Below are positions 38,825 through 48,971 of a stretch of DNA of 64,000 bases, piece after piece (the first letter of the stretch is position 1; the number at the start of each line of letters is the position of its first letter). This stretch comes from an uncultured Alphaproteobacteria bacterium (lineage in GTDB: Bacteria; Pseudomonadota; Alphaproteobacteria; Rs-D84). Under the pieces are notes generated by a model. That model made no database searches and had not been told where the DNA came from. It saw nothing but the letters and a program-made list of their open reading frames with translations. Location: contig CALXLL010000002.1 in NCBI GenBank assembly GCA_944389185.1, positions 96,359 to 160,358 on the forward strand. The letters are read 5' to 3'. The translations under genes and the position numbers were made by a program.

Positions 38825-39289
38825 TTACTGGTATAGGTTTATTTGTTGATTGGGTATACCAGAATCTTGGATTTCAAGGTTTTCGTATAAGTCATATTGG
38901 TTGTATTTTTCCAGCTCTAAGTTTTGTGTGTCTAATAATTTTTGAATTTCTTTAACTGATACCACGACAGTTTTGCAACCTTTGGCAAATAAATCGTCAC
39001 CCCATATAGCGTTTACAATGGGGCCAACAGCGGACAAAGCGCCGAATATGATTACAAGGTTTCTAAGATTTGTAAAATAGTCGTTGGTTGCACCGCGTAT
39101 CAAAGAAATTGCCCACCCGAAAAGTAATAAACCAGTTACGCAAAATAAAGCAATCCAAGCATATTCCAGAAAAGTTTGAAATCCGCGTAAAATACAAGAA
39201 GGGTCTTCTATATATAAAAAACCGTCTTCTATTTTTTGTATATAAAAACCCGAGTTTTGTAATAATCTTGCTATTGTTTCTGCTGTCAT
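38825..39289 (-). CDS. Hypothetical membrane protein
   Basis: Two TM helices. Downstream partner of the acidic protein gene with a 9-nt gap. Confidence 0.4.
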   Translation of the reverse strand: MTAETIARLLQNSGFYIQKIEDGFLYIEDPSCILRGFQTFLEYAWIALFCVTGLLLFGWAISLIRGATNDYFTNLRNLVIIFGALSAVGPIVNAIWGDDLFAKGCKTVVVSVKEIQKLLDTQNLELEKYNQYDLYENLEIQDSGIPNQQINLYQ

Positions 39290-39298
39290 ATTTTCTGA

Positions 39299-40174
39299 CT
39301 ATTTTTTTTGCGTTCCATTAGAAAAGAAACCTGGAATAGATATATCTTCGTCATTTGCAGCAATTCCCGCCCAACCGAATAAATCGCCCATTAAACCGGT
39401 GTCATCGCGTTTTGCTTTTTTAAAAGGCAGTATGTTTTTTAGTTTACCTATTTTACCGTGCGTTTCTGATTTTGGTTTTACAATAATTTTATCTTCTGTT
39501 TCGGCGAATTCGTTTGCAAGCTGGGTTAATGTTGCATCTGAATCAAGATTATCAGAACCTGAATCGGCTTCTTCTGTTTCTTCTGTAAAGTTTTCAAAAT
39601 CATCGTTTTCTATACGGTCGTCTTTTAATGGCGTCATACTTTCCAGTAATTCTTCAAGAGTCTTTTCTGAATCGTCTTCTGGTGCATCACTTGTCATAAT
39701 TTCTTCTATGGAAACTGTTTCTTGTTCTTCTGATTCTGTAAAATCTGGTTTAGTATCTGCTTCTGTGCTTAGTTCTTTTTCAGAAGTTGGTTCTTGGGTG
39801 ATGATTTCAGTTGGTTCTATTACTTCTGAATCTTCTTGATTTTGATTTGCCGATAAAATTGAAAGAATTGGTATTATTTTATCAGATTTAATTTGTTCGT
39901 TTGGTTCATTTTGTTCGTTTGGAGTTTTTGTTTCTATTTCTGGTTCTATAATATTGGATTGTTCTTCTTGGGCTGGTATTTGTTGTGTTGGTACTGCGGT
40001 TTCTGATTCGTTGACTTTCGTTTCTTGGAAAGCAGAATCATTGTCAACTGGAACGCCGAAAAGGACGGTATCGCTGTCCAATCCCAAAGTTTCACGAACT
40101 TCGTTAAAAGCGGCCCGTATATCTGCCATTTCAAAAGTTTCATTACCAGAAATATAAATGATTTTAGTTTTCAT
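39299..40174 (-). CDS. Highly acidic, low-complexity (E/D/T/S/P-rich) protein
   Basis: Folded-looking ~45-aa N-terminus (MKTKIIYISGNETFEMADIRAAF), a ~200-aa acidic linker, and a conserved-looking tail (GLMGDLFGWAGIAA). The start is moved to cat 40172-40174. Confidence 0.45.
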   Translation of the reverse strand: MKTKIIYISGNETFEMADIRAAFNEVRETLGLDSDTVLFGVPVDNDSAFQETKVNESETAVPTQQIPAQEEQSNIIEPEIETKTPNEQNEPNEQIKSDKIIPILSILSANQNQEDSEVIEPTEIITQEPTSEKELSTEADTKPDFTESEEQETVSIEEIMTSDAPEDDSEKTLEELLESMTPLKDDRIENDDFENFTEETEEADSGSDNLDSDATLTQLANEFAETEDKIIVKPKSETHGKIGKLKNILPFKKAKRDDTGLMGDLFGWAGIAANDEDISIPGFFSNGTQKK

Positions 40175-40257
40175 AAAACTTGCCCCCAAAGTTTAACAGA
40201 TACATTATATCACATTTTAGTGTTGAACGCATATAAAAAATATCTTAAAGTATAAAT

Positions 40258-40467
40258 ATGGCAGATTTAAAACAACAGATTTTTCAAGAGCTGACGAGTT
40301 TGGAAGAATCGGTAATTCGATTACGCGGTGTTGCTATGGACGCAGGTAAGCAAACCGACTTAGAAGTTGCAATTTTAACGGAGCAAGTAAAAAGTTTGCG
40401 GGCAAAAAACGCAGAAGCTTGCGAAAAGATTGAAAAATCTATGGATATATTAAAGAAGTTGAAATGA
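40258..40467 (+). CDS. Small coiled-coil protein translationally coupled to zapA
   Basis: 69 aa, ATGA overlap with zapA. Confidence 0.5.
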   Translation: MADLKQQIFQELTSLEESVIRLRGVAMDAGKQTDLEVAILTEQVKSLRAKNAEACEKIEKSMDILKKLK

Positions 40468-40742
40468 GCGTTGTTTCTATACCTATTGTAAACAAGACGT
40501 ATCCCATGGGATGTGAAGATGGACAAGAATCCAGATTAATAGAACTGGGCAAAATGGTTGATGCCAGGGCAAGAGAGATTCTTGATAAAATCGGTCCATT
40601 GCCTGAAAACTCTTTGTTGGCTACTTTATGTATAGTATTGGCGGACGAAGTGCAAAGCAAATCTCATCCTATTATTGAAGAGTCTGATTTAAAAGAAATA
40701 CTTGCCAGAATAAAAGAAATAAAAAATAAATTAAAAGACTGA
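40464..40742 (+). CDS. zapA: Cell division protein ZapA
   Basis: V-x-I-x-N-K-x-Y-x-x-x-C pattern (VSIPIVNKTYPMGCEDGQE) and a C-terminal coiled coil. Confidence 0.7.
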   Translation: MSVVSIPIVNKTYPMGCEDGQESRLIELGKMVDARAREILDKIGPLPENSLLATLCIVLADEVQSKSHPIIEESDLKEILARIKEIKNKLKD

Positions 40743-40797
40743 AAAAGCGTTTTTTTTGGTTGTTATTTTTTTTCAAATGTTTTAATTTTAACTTGCT

Positions 40798-43029
40798 ATG
40801 AGTAAAGATTTTAAAGAGAAAATTGATTCACAACAGTTGTCAGAAGCGTTATCCGAGCGCTATTTATCTTACGCAGTCAGCACGATTGTTTCGCGCGCTT
40901 TACCTGACGTTCGTGACGGTTTAAAACCAGTCCATAGACGCATTTTATATTCTATGTTGCGTCAAAAGTTGTCGCCGAATGCCGCTTTTCGTAAGTGCGC
41001 TACGGTTGTTGGTGACGTGCTGGGGCACTATCATCCGCATGGTGATTCTTCGGTGTATGACGCAATGGTAAGACTTGCGCAAGATTTTTCTGTCAGATAT
41101 CCGTTAATAGACGGACAGGGTAACTTTGGTAACATAGACGGTGACCCACAGGCAGCATATCGTTACACAGAATCAAAAATGACAGAAGCGGCCATGTTAA
41201 TAATGGAAGGGCTGGATGAAGACAGCGTTGATATGACGCCGAATTTTGATGGGACGACTGTGGAACCCGTTGTTATGCCGGGGGCGTTTCCTAATTTGCT
41301 TGCAAACGGTGGAATGGGTATTGCTGTGGGGATGGCAACTAATATACCTACGCACAACGTGGCAGAAGTATGTGATGCTTTGAACTTAGTAGTTGATAAT
41401 CCAGACGCTACTACGGCGCAGATAGTAAAAAAACTTATAGGACCAGATTTTCCAACAGGTGGCGTTTTAATTGACAGCTTTGATACGATAGTAAAAAATT
41501 ACGAAACAGGTCGCGGGGCTTTCAGAATAAGGGCAAAATGGGAAGTGGAAAAGCTTGACCGTGGTGCAGAACAAGTAGTAATTACAGAAATACCTTATGG
41601 AATAATAAAGTCAAAATTAGTAGAGCAAATTGCCGGTTTAATAGACGCAAAGAAACTGCCTCTTGTTGACGATATTGTCGATGAATCTACAACAGACATA
41701 AGAATCGTGATAACACCGAAAAGCCGTAATGTTCCTGCGGATAAAATGATGGCTCATCTATTTGCTATGACGGACTTGGAATATAAGTTTAACATGAACT
41801 TTAATGTCATAGATTCCAAAGGTGCGCCACGCGTTATGGGGATTAAAGACGTTTTAAGTGAATTCATTGCGCATCAGAAAAACGTATTGTTAAGAAGAAC
41901 GAATTGGCGTTTGGGTAACATAGCAAGAAGACTTGAAATATTAGGTGGGTTGCTGATAGTCTATTTGAATCTGGATAGAGTAATAGAGATAATCAGAAAC
42001 GAAGACGATGCTAAGTCGGTATTGATGGCAGAGTTTAATCTGACCGAAGTTCAAGTAGAAGCAATTTTGAATACCAGACTTCGTTCTTTACGAAAGCTTG
42101 AAGAAATGGAGATACGTCGCGAAGACGCGGAACTGTTGGCGGAACAAAAACAATTACAAGATTTACTGGCAAGCGATCAGGCTCAGAACGAACAATTAAA
42201 GGCTTGGTTCAGCGATATTAAAAAGACATACGACAAAAGAACAGAGCTTGGTCGAAGACGCACAACTTGGGCCGAGCAAACAGAAGATGTAGTTGTTAAT
42301 GCCGAAGAGTTTATAGAAAAAGAACCTTTAACGATAATATTATCTAATATGGGTTGGATTCGTGCGGCAAAAGGTCATCTAGATTTAAATAATTTGGATT
42401 TGAAATTCAAAGAAGGCGATGATTTACTGACGGCATTTCATGCTATGTCAACAGATAAAATAAATCTGTTTGTAAGTTCTGGTAAGATGTTTACTTTATC
42501 TGCTAATGACTTACCGTCTGCACGTGGGTTCGGTGAATCTGTCAGAATGATGGCAGATATAGGAGCAGAAGAAAATATTGTAAAAGCTTTTGTATTGGAT
42601 ATTAATGCAAAATATTTATTGGTTGGCAGACATGGAACTGGTTTTATAGTGTCCGGTGAAAATTGTCTTGCGCAGACGCGTTCTGGTAAACAGGTCATGA
42701 ATGTAGATACTAATAATCCTGCATGGATGTGCGTATTGGTAAGCGGTGATACAGTGGCTATGTCTGGTTCTAATGACAAGCTGTTGATATTCTCTGTTGC
42801 AGAAATACCGGAAATGTCACGCGGTAAAGGCGTTATTTTACAGAAGTATAATGCAGAAAGAACATATGTTTTAGATGTTATGACCTTTAATAGCGTTGAA
42901 GGTTTTGGTTGGACAACGGGTCGCGGGACGACAAAGCTGGACGATTGGCAACCTTGGGTTGGTAAAAGAGCTTCGCAAGGAAGAACGATACCAGTAGGTT
43001 TCCCCAGAAGCGGCAAGTTTGGTAAATAA
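40798..43029 (+). CDS. parC: DNA topoisomerase IV subunit A
   Basis: [27 protein letters not shown] and the active-site AAYRYTES. About 743 aa, with no GyrA box recognised and no gyrB neighbour. Confidence 0.85.
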   Translation: MSKDFKEKIDSQQLSEALSERYLSYAVSTIVSRALPDVRDGLKPVHRRILYSMLRQKLSPNAAFRKCATVVGDVLGHYHPHGDSSVYDAMVRLAQDFSVRYPLIDGQGNFGNIDGDPQAAYRYTESKMTEAAMLIMEGLDEDSVDMTPNFDGTTVEPVVMPGAFPNLLANGGMGIAVGMATNIPTHNVAEVCDALNLVVDNPDATTAQIVKKLIGPDFPTGGVLIDSFDTIVKNYETGRGAFRIRAKWEVEKLDRGAEQVVITEIPYGIIKSKLVEQIAGLIDAKKLPLVDDIVDESTTDIRIVITPKSRNVPADKMMAHLFAMTDLEYKFNMNFNVIDSKGAPRVMGIKDVLSEFIAHQKNVLLRRTNWRLGNIARRLEILGGLLIVYLNLDRVIEIIRNEDDAKSVLMAEFNLTEVQVEAILNTRLRSLRKLEEMEIRREDAELLAEQKQLQDLLASDQAQNEQLKAWFSDIKKTYDKRTELGRRRTTWAEQTEDVVVNAEEFIEKEPLTIILSNMGWIRAAKGHLDLNNLDLKFKEGDDLLTAFHAMSTDKINLFVSSGKMFTLSANDLPSARGFGESVRMMADIGAEENIVKAFVLDINAKYLLVGRHGTGFIVSGENCLAQTRSGKQVMNVDTNNPAWMCVLVSGDTVAMSGSNDKLLIFSVAEIPEMSRGKGVILQKYNAERTYVLDVMTFNSVEGFGWTTGRGTTKLDDWQPWVGKRASQGRTIPVGFPRSGKFGK

Positions 43030-43030
43030 A

Positions 43031-43056
43031 AAAGTCCGCTTTTTGCGGATTTTTTA
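43031..43056 (+). terminator. Terminator after parC
   Basis: Hairpin GTCCGC-ttttt-GCGGAT followed by a T run. Confidence 0.8.
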
Positions 43057-43063
43057 TTGAATT

Positions 43064-43095
43064 AAAAAAAGACAAGCGCCCGAAAGAGCGCTTGT
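43064..43095 (-). terminator. Terminator after rpmG
   Basis: Minus strand reads ACAAGCGC-ucuuucgg-GCGCUUGU followed by CTTTTTTT. Confidence 0.8.
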
Positions 43096-43102
43096 AATAA
43101 TT

Positions 43103-43282
43103 TTAGTGAGGCATTTTGTTTTCTGTAAAAACAACATGCTTACGTAATTTTGGGTCATACTTGCGGAACTTCATTTTACCCGCAGTATTTTCAGATTTTG
43201 TATTTTTAGTAGTTGTATAGAAAAAGCCAGTTTCTTTGTTTTCAAGCTTTACAACTTCTTTGCTACCTTTTTTAGATGCCAT
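43103..43282 (-). CDS. rpmG: 50S ribosomal protein L33 (Cys-less form)
   Basis: Manual translation gives MASKKGSKEVVKLENKETGFFYTTTKNTKSENTAGKMKFRKYDPKLRKHVVFTENKMPH. The Y-x-T-x-K-N and KYDP-x-LRKH motifs are present. At 59 aa it falls below the ORF-track cutoff. Confidence 0.85.
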   Translation of the reverse strand: MASKKGSKEVVKLENKETGFFYTTTKNTKSENTAGKMKFRKYDPKLRKHVVFTENKMPH

Positions 43283-43364
43283 TTCATATACCTTTTATTA
43301 GACTGACAAAGATTGTAGGTTAAATCTTATTGGAAATCAAGTAATTTTTATAAGTTTTTATTTT

Positions 43365-43449
<85 letters not shown>

Positions 43450-43457
43450 TTATTATC

Positions 43458-43577
43458 TTAATATACCGGATAATTGCGCGGAAAAGAAGAGTCAGGACGA
43501 ACCAAGTCAGATTTTACCCCGCAACCAGCTATCACGAAAGTTGCCAATACCAGTAAAGATAAGATAAGTTTTTTCAT
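43458..43577 (-). CDS. Small lipoprotein, YifL/LptM-like
   Basis: Manual translation gives MKKLILSLLVLATFVIAGCGVKSDLVRPDSSFPRNYPVY, with lipobox IAGC and a G-C-G-x-K-x-x-L-x-x-P pattern. The SD is weak. Confidence 0.5.
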   Translation of the reverse strand: MKKLILSLLVLATFVIAGCGVKSDLVRPDSSFPRNYPVY

Positions 43578-43698
43578 GCTTTGCATTATAAACATGATTT
43601 TTGCTTTTTGTCAATTCTTTATAATCGGAAATCAGTCCTGTTATATATTTTTCTTTTAAATGTTACTCTTTTAATAAGAGCATAAAAAAGGAGATATT

Positions 43699-45471
43699 AT
43701 GTATCATAGTAATGGAAATTACGAAGCGTTTGCAAACTCTTGCAAACCCGAAGGCGTTGATAAAAAGTCCGCTTATATAGTCGGTGGCGGTCTTGCCGGT
43801 TTGGCGGCGGCAGCTTTTTTAATTCGTGACGGTAAAATGTCCGGTAAAAAGATTCATATATTTGAAGAACTTTCGTTACCGGGGGGAAGTATGGATGGGA
43901 TACTTAATAAAAAACTAGGTTTTATAATTCGCGGTGGTCGTGAAATGGAGGCTCATTTTGAAACTTTGTGGGATTTATTTCGCTCGGTTCCGTCTTTAGA
44001 AACAAAAGGCGTTTCAGTGCTGGACGAGTTTTACTGGTTGAATAAAAAAGACCCAAGCTTTTCGCATTGTCGCGTTATAGAAAAAAAAGGTAAAAGATTA
44101 AAAACGGACGGTTTATTAACTTTGACGCCGACCGCTATACGAGAGTTAATAGATTTAGCTCTTACGCCGGAAGAAAAGCTACAAGACGTTCAGATAAATC
44201 AAGTTTTTACTGAAGACTTCTTTGAGTCGAACTTCTGGTTATATTGGGCAACTATGTTCGCTTTTGAAAAGTGGTCCAGTGCGATGGAAATGCGTAGATA
44301 TATATTACGATTTATTCATCACGTCGGGGCGTTGGCGGATATGTCTTCGTTAAAGTTCACGAAGTATAATCAATATGAATCTTTAATTATGCCTTTGGTA
44401 AAATATCTGGAAAGTTTCGGCGTTAATTTTCATTACGATACAAAAGTGACGAACGTAATAGTAGATTGTAAAAAAGATAAAAAAGTAGCGAAGAAAATAG
44501 AAATGTTGGTAGGCGGCAAAAAGCAAACCAAAGCCTTAACGCCGGACGATTTAGTATTTATAACTAATGGTTCAATTACCGAAAGCACTACATACGGAGA
44601 TAATGATACACCTGCGTCTGTAAAGCATGAAGTAGGGGGTAGTTGGGATTTATGGAAAAACTTAGCAAAGCAATGCGCAGAGTTCGGACGTCCTGAAAAG
44701 TTCTGTGATAATATACCAGAAGCTAATTGGGTAATATCTGCAACGATTACGTTAACGGACGATAAAGTAGTTCCTTATATTAAGAACATTTGTAAAAAAG
44801 ACCCTCATAGCGGTTCTATTGTCAGCAGTGGTCCTGTGACTATTAAAGACTCTAATTGGTTGTATGGTTTTAGTATAAGTCGTCAGCCTCATTTTCATAA
44901 GCAAAAACCGAACGAGATTATAGTTTGGACTTATGGTTTATTGTCTGATACCGAAGGTAATTACATCAAGAAAAAGATAACGGATTGCTCTGGTGCAGAG
45001 CTATGTGCAGAATGGTTATATCACATAGGTTATCCGGAAAAGGGTATAGAAGAAGTAGCTCATAATTGTTCTAGCACGGTTCCGTGTCATATGCCATACA
45101 TCAGCACATATTTTATGCCGCGTGCGCTGGGTGACAGACCGTTAGTAGTTCCGAAAGGTTCGGTAAACTTAGCGTTTATAGGTAATTATGCGGAAACGGA
45201 AAGGGACACTGTATTTACGACGGAATATTCTGTAAGAACGGCGATGGAGGCTGTATATAAATTGCTTAATGTTGACCGTGGAGTTCCCGAGGTCTTTGGT
45301 TCGTGCTTTGACGTAAGGGTTTTATTAAGGAGCATATATTACTTAAACGACAAGAAGAAGTTAAAAGAGATAGATGTTCCGTGGGTATTAAAGTTATTGG
45401 AAAAGCAGGGGTTAAAAAGAGTAAAAGGAACGTATTTAGAAGAATTATTAAAAGAAGCAAATTTGATATAA
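43699..45471 (+). CDS. ohyA: Oleate hydratase (MCRA family, FAD-dependent)
   Basis: N-terminal [11 protein letters not shown]...[29 protein letters not shown], and about 590 aa. Confidence 0.88.
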   Translation: MYHSNGNYEAFANSCKPEGVDKKSAYIVGGGLAGLAAAAFLIRDGKMSGKKIHIFEELSLPGGSMDGILNKKLGFIIRGGREMEAHFETLWDLFRSVPSLETKGVSVLDEFYWLNKKDPSFSHCRVIEKKGKRLKTDGLLTLTPTAIRELIDLALTPEEKLQDVQINQVFTEDFFESNFWLYWATMFAFEKWSSAMEMRRYILRFIHHVGALADMSSLKFTKYNQYESLIMPLVKYLESFGVNFHYDTKVTNVIVDCKKDKKVAKKIEMLVGGKKQTKALTPDDLVFITNGSITESTTYGDNDTPASVKHEVGGSWDLWKNLAKQCAEFGRPEKFCDNIPEANWVISATITLTDDKVVPYIKNICKKDPHSGSIVSSGPVTIKDSNWLYGFSISRQPHFHKQKPNEIIVWTYGLLSDTEGNYIKKKITDCSGAELCAEWLYHIGYPEKGIEEVAHNCSSTVPCHMPYISTYFMPRALGDRPLVVPKGSVNLAFIGNYAETERDTVFTTEYSVRTAMEAVYKLLNVDRGVPEVFGSCFDVRVLLRSIYYLNDKKKLKEIDVPWVLKLLEKQGLKRVKGTYLEELLKEANLI

Positions 45472-45498
45472 AACACCGCCCAAACGGGCGGTTTTTTA
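45472..45498 (+). terminator. Terminator after the oleate hydratase gene
   Basis: Hairpin ACCGCCC-aaac-GGGCGGT followed by a T run. Confidence 0.85.
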
Positions 45499-45592
45499 TT
45501 TTAGCAGAGCCTACTGTGCAATTCTCGGACTATTTGTATAATTGTTTTTTTATAATTATTGTGATAAAATGTAATTAATTAAAGGAGTTATT

Positions 45593-46078
45593 ATGGATAA
45601 CAGAGAAACAGAATTATTAGAAATGCAAAAATTTATCAGAAAAGAGATGCAGAAGAAACATTTTAGGGCGGTTGATATATCCTCATCTAAAGAAGGTGCG
45701 GAAGTAAAAATGATGGGGCTAAAGTTGAATTTTAACGGTAAAACATGTAGGGCTCTTTTGAAAGACGGTTTTGTGATAGAAATGCCACCTAAAGAAACGG
45801 AATTCTTACATCAATTGTTCTTCTATGGACCCGAATTGACACCAGCAGAATTTCGTGATTATCGTGCAGGAAAACTTAGAGGGGCTCAGGTAGCAGCGAA
45901 AATGCCAGAGCACAATGTTTTGTTTGATGTTATTTGGAATATGTTGGAGATTCGGCTTGGTGTTAATCCAGTAGCCGAAAAAGGTCAGAAGTTTAATACC
46001 GAAACGTTAAAACAATTAAGTGATGAAGAATTGTTGAAGGCGAAGAAGTTATCTGCGGAAAAATTATTATCAAAGTGA
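45593..46078 (+). CDS. Hypothetical protein
   Basis: 161-aa ORF with an AAAGGAG SD and its own terminator. No motif recognised. Confidence 0.45.
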   Translation: MDNRETELLEMQKFIRKEMQKKHFRAVDISSSKEGAEVKMMGLKLNFNGKTCRALLKDGFVIEMPPKETEFLHQLFFYGPELTPAEFRDYRAGKLRGAQVAAKMPEHNVLFDVIWNMLEIRLGVNPVAEKGQKFNTETLKQLSDEELLKAKKLSAEKLLSK

Positions 46079-46088
46079 TTTAAAAAAT

Positions 46089-46120
46089 AAGAACTGCTCA
46101 AACGAGCAGTTCTTTTATTT
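46089..46120 (+). terminator. Rho-independent terminator
   Basis: Hairpin GAACTGCTC-aaac-GAGCAGTTC followed by a T run. Confidence 0.85.
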
Positions 46121-46196
46121 TGGCAGCCCCAACCAGATTTGAACTGGTGTTCTCGCCTTGAAAGGGCGGTGTCCTAGGCCACTAGACGATGGGGCC
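46121..46196 (-). tRNA. tRNA-Glu (anticodon UUC)
   Basis: Reverse complement GGCCCCATCGTCTAGTGGCCTAGGACACCGCCCTTTCAAGGCGAGAACACCAGTTCAAATCTGGTTGGGGCTGCCA, closely parallel to canonical bacterial tRNA-Glu. Positions 1 and 72 form a G-U pair. Confidence 0.88.
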
Positions 46197-46230
46197 AAAA
46201 CTATGCCTTATTTATTAAATAAGCGCCACA

Positions 46231-46259
46231 ATTATAGCCCCTTTATACCCGCTTGTCAA
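46231..46259 (-). promoter_or_regulatory. Consensus sigma70 promoter for tRNA-Glu
   Basis: Minus strand reads TTGACA-N17-TATAAT (TTGACAAGCGGGTATAAAGGGGCTATAAT). Confidence 0.65.
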
Positions 46260-46282
46260 GGTAAATGTGAATAAGTTGTTTC

Positions 46283-46726
46283 CTATTCCGCTGATACTTC
46301 TTCTACTTCTATTACCTCTGATGCTTCATCCGCAGGAAGCTCTTCTACCTGCTGAAATACTATCTCTTTCCCTTCTGCGTTCTTTAACGTTAAACGACCG
46401 TCGCTTAATTCATAGCTTTCTACCGTCGGCATAAATTGAAAATAATCTTGTTCGGTCTGCATCGCTTCTTGTGGACCCATCATCATCGTTGATGCAAATG
46501 GGCTGAATGTTATTTTATCACCTTCCGCAGTGTAAGAACCGTTATATAAGTTTACGACTTTTCCATTAACACGCATTTCTTCCGCGTCAAAAGATAAAAC
46601 AATGTCTGCACCAGATGCCGCAGATACAAAGTTTGCACCTTTTAATGCTTCTGGGTTAGGTGTGCTGTCGCTGCATGCGGTTAAAGCCATTATACCAGCT
46701 AATAAAAATCCTGCTTTTATCGTCAT
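46283..46726 (-). CDS. META-domain (HslJ-like) lipoprotein
   Basis: Lipobox ALTACSD and GKVVNLYNGSYTAEGDKITF...YELSDGRLTLKN. The start is moved to MTIKAG (cat 46724-46726) with an AAGGAGAA SD. Confidence 0.65.
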   Translation of the reverse strand: MTIKAGFLLAGIMALTACSDSTPNPEALKGANFVSAASGADIVLSFDAEEMRVNGKVVNLYNGSYTAEGDKITFSPFASTMMMGPQEAMQTEQDYFQFMPTVESYELSDGRLTLKNAEGKEIVFQQVEELPADEASEVIEVEEVSAE

Positions 46727-46819
46727 TTTTTTCTCCTTGTTTTTTTGTTGCTTAAATATGTAGCTAATTATATCAACGTAAAATAAAAAAAACACCGTTT
46801 TTTTTACGGTGTTAATTCC

Positions 46820-46897
46820 TGGCGGGATTGACGGGGCTCGAACCCGCGACCTTCTGCGTGACAGGCAGACGCTCTAAACCAGCTGAGCTACAACCCC
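46820..46897 (-). tRNA. tRNA-Asp (anticodon GUC)
   Basis: Reverse complement GGGGTTGTAGCTCAGCTGGTTTAGAGCGTCTGCCTGTCACGCAGAAGGTCGCGGGTTCGAGCCCCGTCAATCCCGCCA. Confidence 0.93.
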
Positions 46898-46954
46898 TTA
46901 AAGCCTACATATCTTATACTGAACGCTTTCTAATTGCAAGAACTTTTTTTATAT

Positions 46955-46983
46955 AATAAAAAATCCGGTTTGCACCGGACTTT
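46955..46983 (-). terminator. Terminator after gap
   Basis: Minus strand reads UCCGGU-gcaa-ACCGGA followed by T6. Confidence 0.8.
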
Positions 46984-47985
46984 TTATTTTATCAGCTTTC
47001 CCATCGCTACGGCGGTATCGCTCATACGATTTGAAAAACCCCACTCGTTATCATACCATGCCGTTACGTGTATTAAGTTTTCTCCCAATACTTTTGTCTG
47101 AGAGGCATCAAATATAGAACTGTGTGCATCCCCGGTAAAATCAACCGATACCAGCGGTAAATCTGTATAACCAAATGTTGCAGACGTTGCCGCTTTCATT
47201 GCAGCATTTACCGATTCTACGGTTGCCGGTTTGTTAGTGTTAACTACTAATTCTACAACTGATACATCAGGCGTGGGAACGCGTATTGCCATACCGTCCA
47301 ATTTACCGGCCAAGTTAGGTAATACCAAGCCTATTGCTTTCGCAGCACCTGTGCTGGTTGGTATCATTGATAAACCTGCTGCGCGGGCTCTACGAAAATC
47401 TTTATGGTTTTTATCTAACAATTGTTGGTCACCCGTATAAGAATGAACCGTCGTCATCCAGCCACTGTTTATACCGAAAGTTTCATCCAAAACCTTTGCA
47501 ACAGGTGCCAAGCAATTTGTTGTGCAAGAAGCATTAGATACTATCAAGTCTTTATCTGTTAAAGTGTCTTGATTTACACCGTATACAATTGTCTTGTCGG
47601 CACCAGCAGACGGGGCCGATACTAACACGCGTTTTGCACCGCATTCAAGATGAACTTTGGCTTTTTCGGCAGCAGTAAATATGCCTGTGCATTCCATAAC
47701 TATGTCTATATCCATGTCACCCCACGGAAGTTTTGTCGGGTCTTTTTCTGATATACATTTTATTTTTTGATTACCGACCAGTATATAGTCATCTTTTAAT
47801 TCTACTTTCATCGGTAACTTACCGTGAACCGAGTCATATTCTAATAAATATGCGTTTTGTTCTGCAGGCGCCAAATCATTAACGGCGACGAATTCTATGT
47901 CGTCACGTTTAGCTTCCAATGCCGCGCGCAATACTAAGCGACCTATACGGCCAAAGCCGTTAATTGCTACTCTTAATCTAGCCAT
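46984..47985 (-). CDS. gap: Glyceraldehyde-3-phosphate dehydrogenase
   Basis: INGFGRIGR, catalytic SNASCTTNCLAP, and WYDNEWGFS. Confidence 0.95.
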   Translation of the reverse strand: MARLRVAINGFGRIGRLVLRAALEAKRDDIEFVAVNDLAPAEQNAYLLEYDSVHGKLPMKVELKDDYILVGNQKIKCISEKDPTKLPWGDMDIDIVMECTGIFTAAEKAKVHLECGAKRVLVSAPSAGADKTIVYGVNQDTLTDKDLIVSNASCTTNCLAPVAKVLDETFGINSGWMTTVHSYTGDQQLLDKNHKDFRRARAAGLSMIPTSTGAAKAIGLVLPNLAGKLDGMAIRVPTPDVSVVELVVNTNKPATVESVNAAMKAATSATFGYTDLPLVSVDFTGDAHSSIFDASQTKVLGENLIHVTAWYDNEWGFSNRMSDTAVAMGKLIK

Positions 47986-48064
47986 TTTTTTTCCTTTCTT
48001 TTATAAAACAGTTCATATTTTAGCAACATAATTTTATATTTTACAATATGATTTTTTATCAAAC

Positions 48065-48093
48065 TTGAAATTGTAATTCTTGACATTTATAAT
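48065..48093 (+). promoter_or_regulatory. Sigma70 promoter placing the transcription start about 3 nt before the miaA ATG
   Basis: TTGAAA (48065-48070), N17, TATAAT (48088-48093). The ATG is at 48103 and no SD lies between. Confidence 0.5.
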
Positions 48094-48102
48094 ACTTTGC
48101 AA

Positions 48103-48969
48103 ATGAAACATAGCTCTTATATCATTACCGGTCCAACTGCTTCGGGTAAGTCAGATTTTGCTCATGATTTAGCCCTTAAAGAAAACGGCGTTATAATAAA
48201 CTGTGACAGCGTTCAGATTTATCGCGGCATAGAAAATATATCTGCCAGTCCGTTCGCTGGGCTTAGTCCGGATACGAAAGAAATTGGTGGTGTCCCGTAT
48301 AGGTTATTTTCTATATTGTCGCTTGATAAACAAATAAGCGTTTCTGATTATTTAAGTCTTGCGAAACAAGAATATGATAAAGCTTTACAATCCGGTAAAA
48401 CGCCGATATTTGTTGGAGGAACTGGATATTATATAAATGCTTTAATAAATGGTATTTCACCTATGCCTATGGTTTCTAAACAAGCCAGAAACAAAGCAAG
48501 GGAATTGGTTGCAAAAGACATAATTAAAGCCCGCCAGTTATTACCTGAAGATTTTAAGGCGACAGACCCGCAGCGCGTTGCAAGGGCCTTAGAGGTTTTC
48601 TTTGAAACGGGCAAGCATATAACCGATTGGCAAAAGGAAGAAAGAAAAGGTTCTATTGTTCCAACGCCGTATAAGATACTTATAAATCCACCGGCAAGTG
48701 ATTTGAAGATAAGAATTGCAAATAGAATACCAAAAATGTTATCTGGTGGGGCGCTGGAAGAGGCGCAAAAGATTATTGATTATGGCTGGGATGAAACGCG
48801 TGCTATTGGTGCCACCCAGTTATGCGGTTTTATACGCGGTGAAATATCTAAACAAGATTGCATAGAAAACTGGATAACAAAAACTAACCAATACGCTAAA
48901 CGTCAGCGGACGTGGTTCAGGACTCAGTTTATGGCTGACGAAGAAATAAAAATGGCTTATAAGAAGTAA
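48103..48969 (+). CDS. miaA: tRNA dimethylallyltransferase
   Basis: P-loop GPTASGKS, DSVQIYRG, and QRVARALEV motifs. Confidence 0.9.
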   Translation: MKHSSYIITGPTASGKSDFAHDLALKENGVIINCDSVQIYRGIENISASPFAGLSPDTKEIGGVPYRLFSILSLDKQISVSDYLSLAKQEYDKALQSGKTPIFVGGTGYYINALINGISPMPMVSKQARNKARELVAKDIIKARQLLPEDFKATDPQRVARALEVFFETGKHITDWQKEERKGSIVPTPYKILINPPASDLKIRIANRIPKMLSGGALEEAQKIIDYGWDETRAIGATQLCGFIRGEISKQDCIENWITKTNQYAKRQRTWFRTQFMADEEIKMAYKK

Positions 48970-48971
48970 TT

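Noticed and set aside
40743-40797. 6S RNA (ssrS), which often follows zapA.
   Set aside because: The zapA-parC gap is only 55 bp and has no structure of that size.
43474-43659. A 61-aa plus-strand track ORF upstream of the oleate hydratase gene.
   Set aside because: It has no SD and an odd composition. It overlaps a better-supported minus-strand mini-lipoprotein frame and the promoter region.
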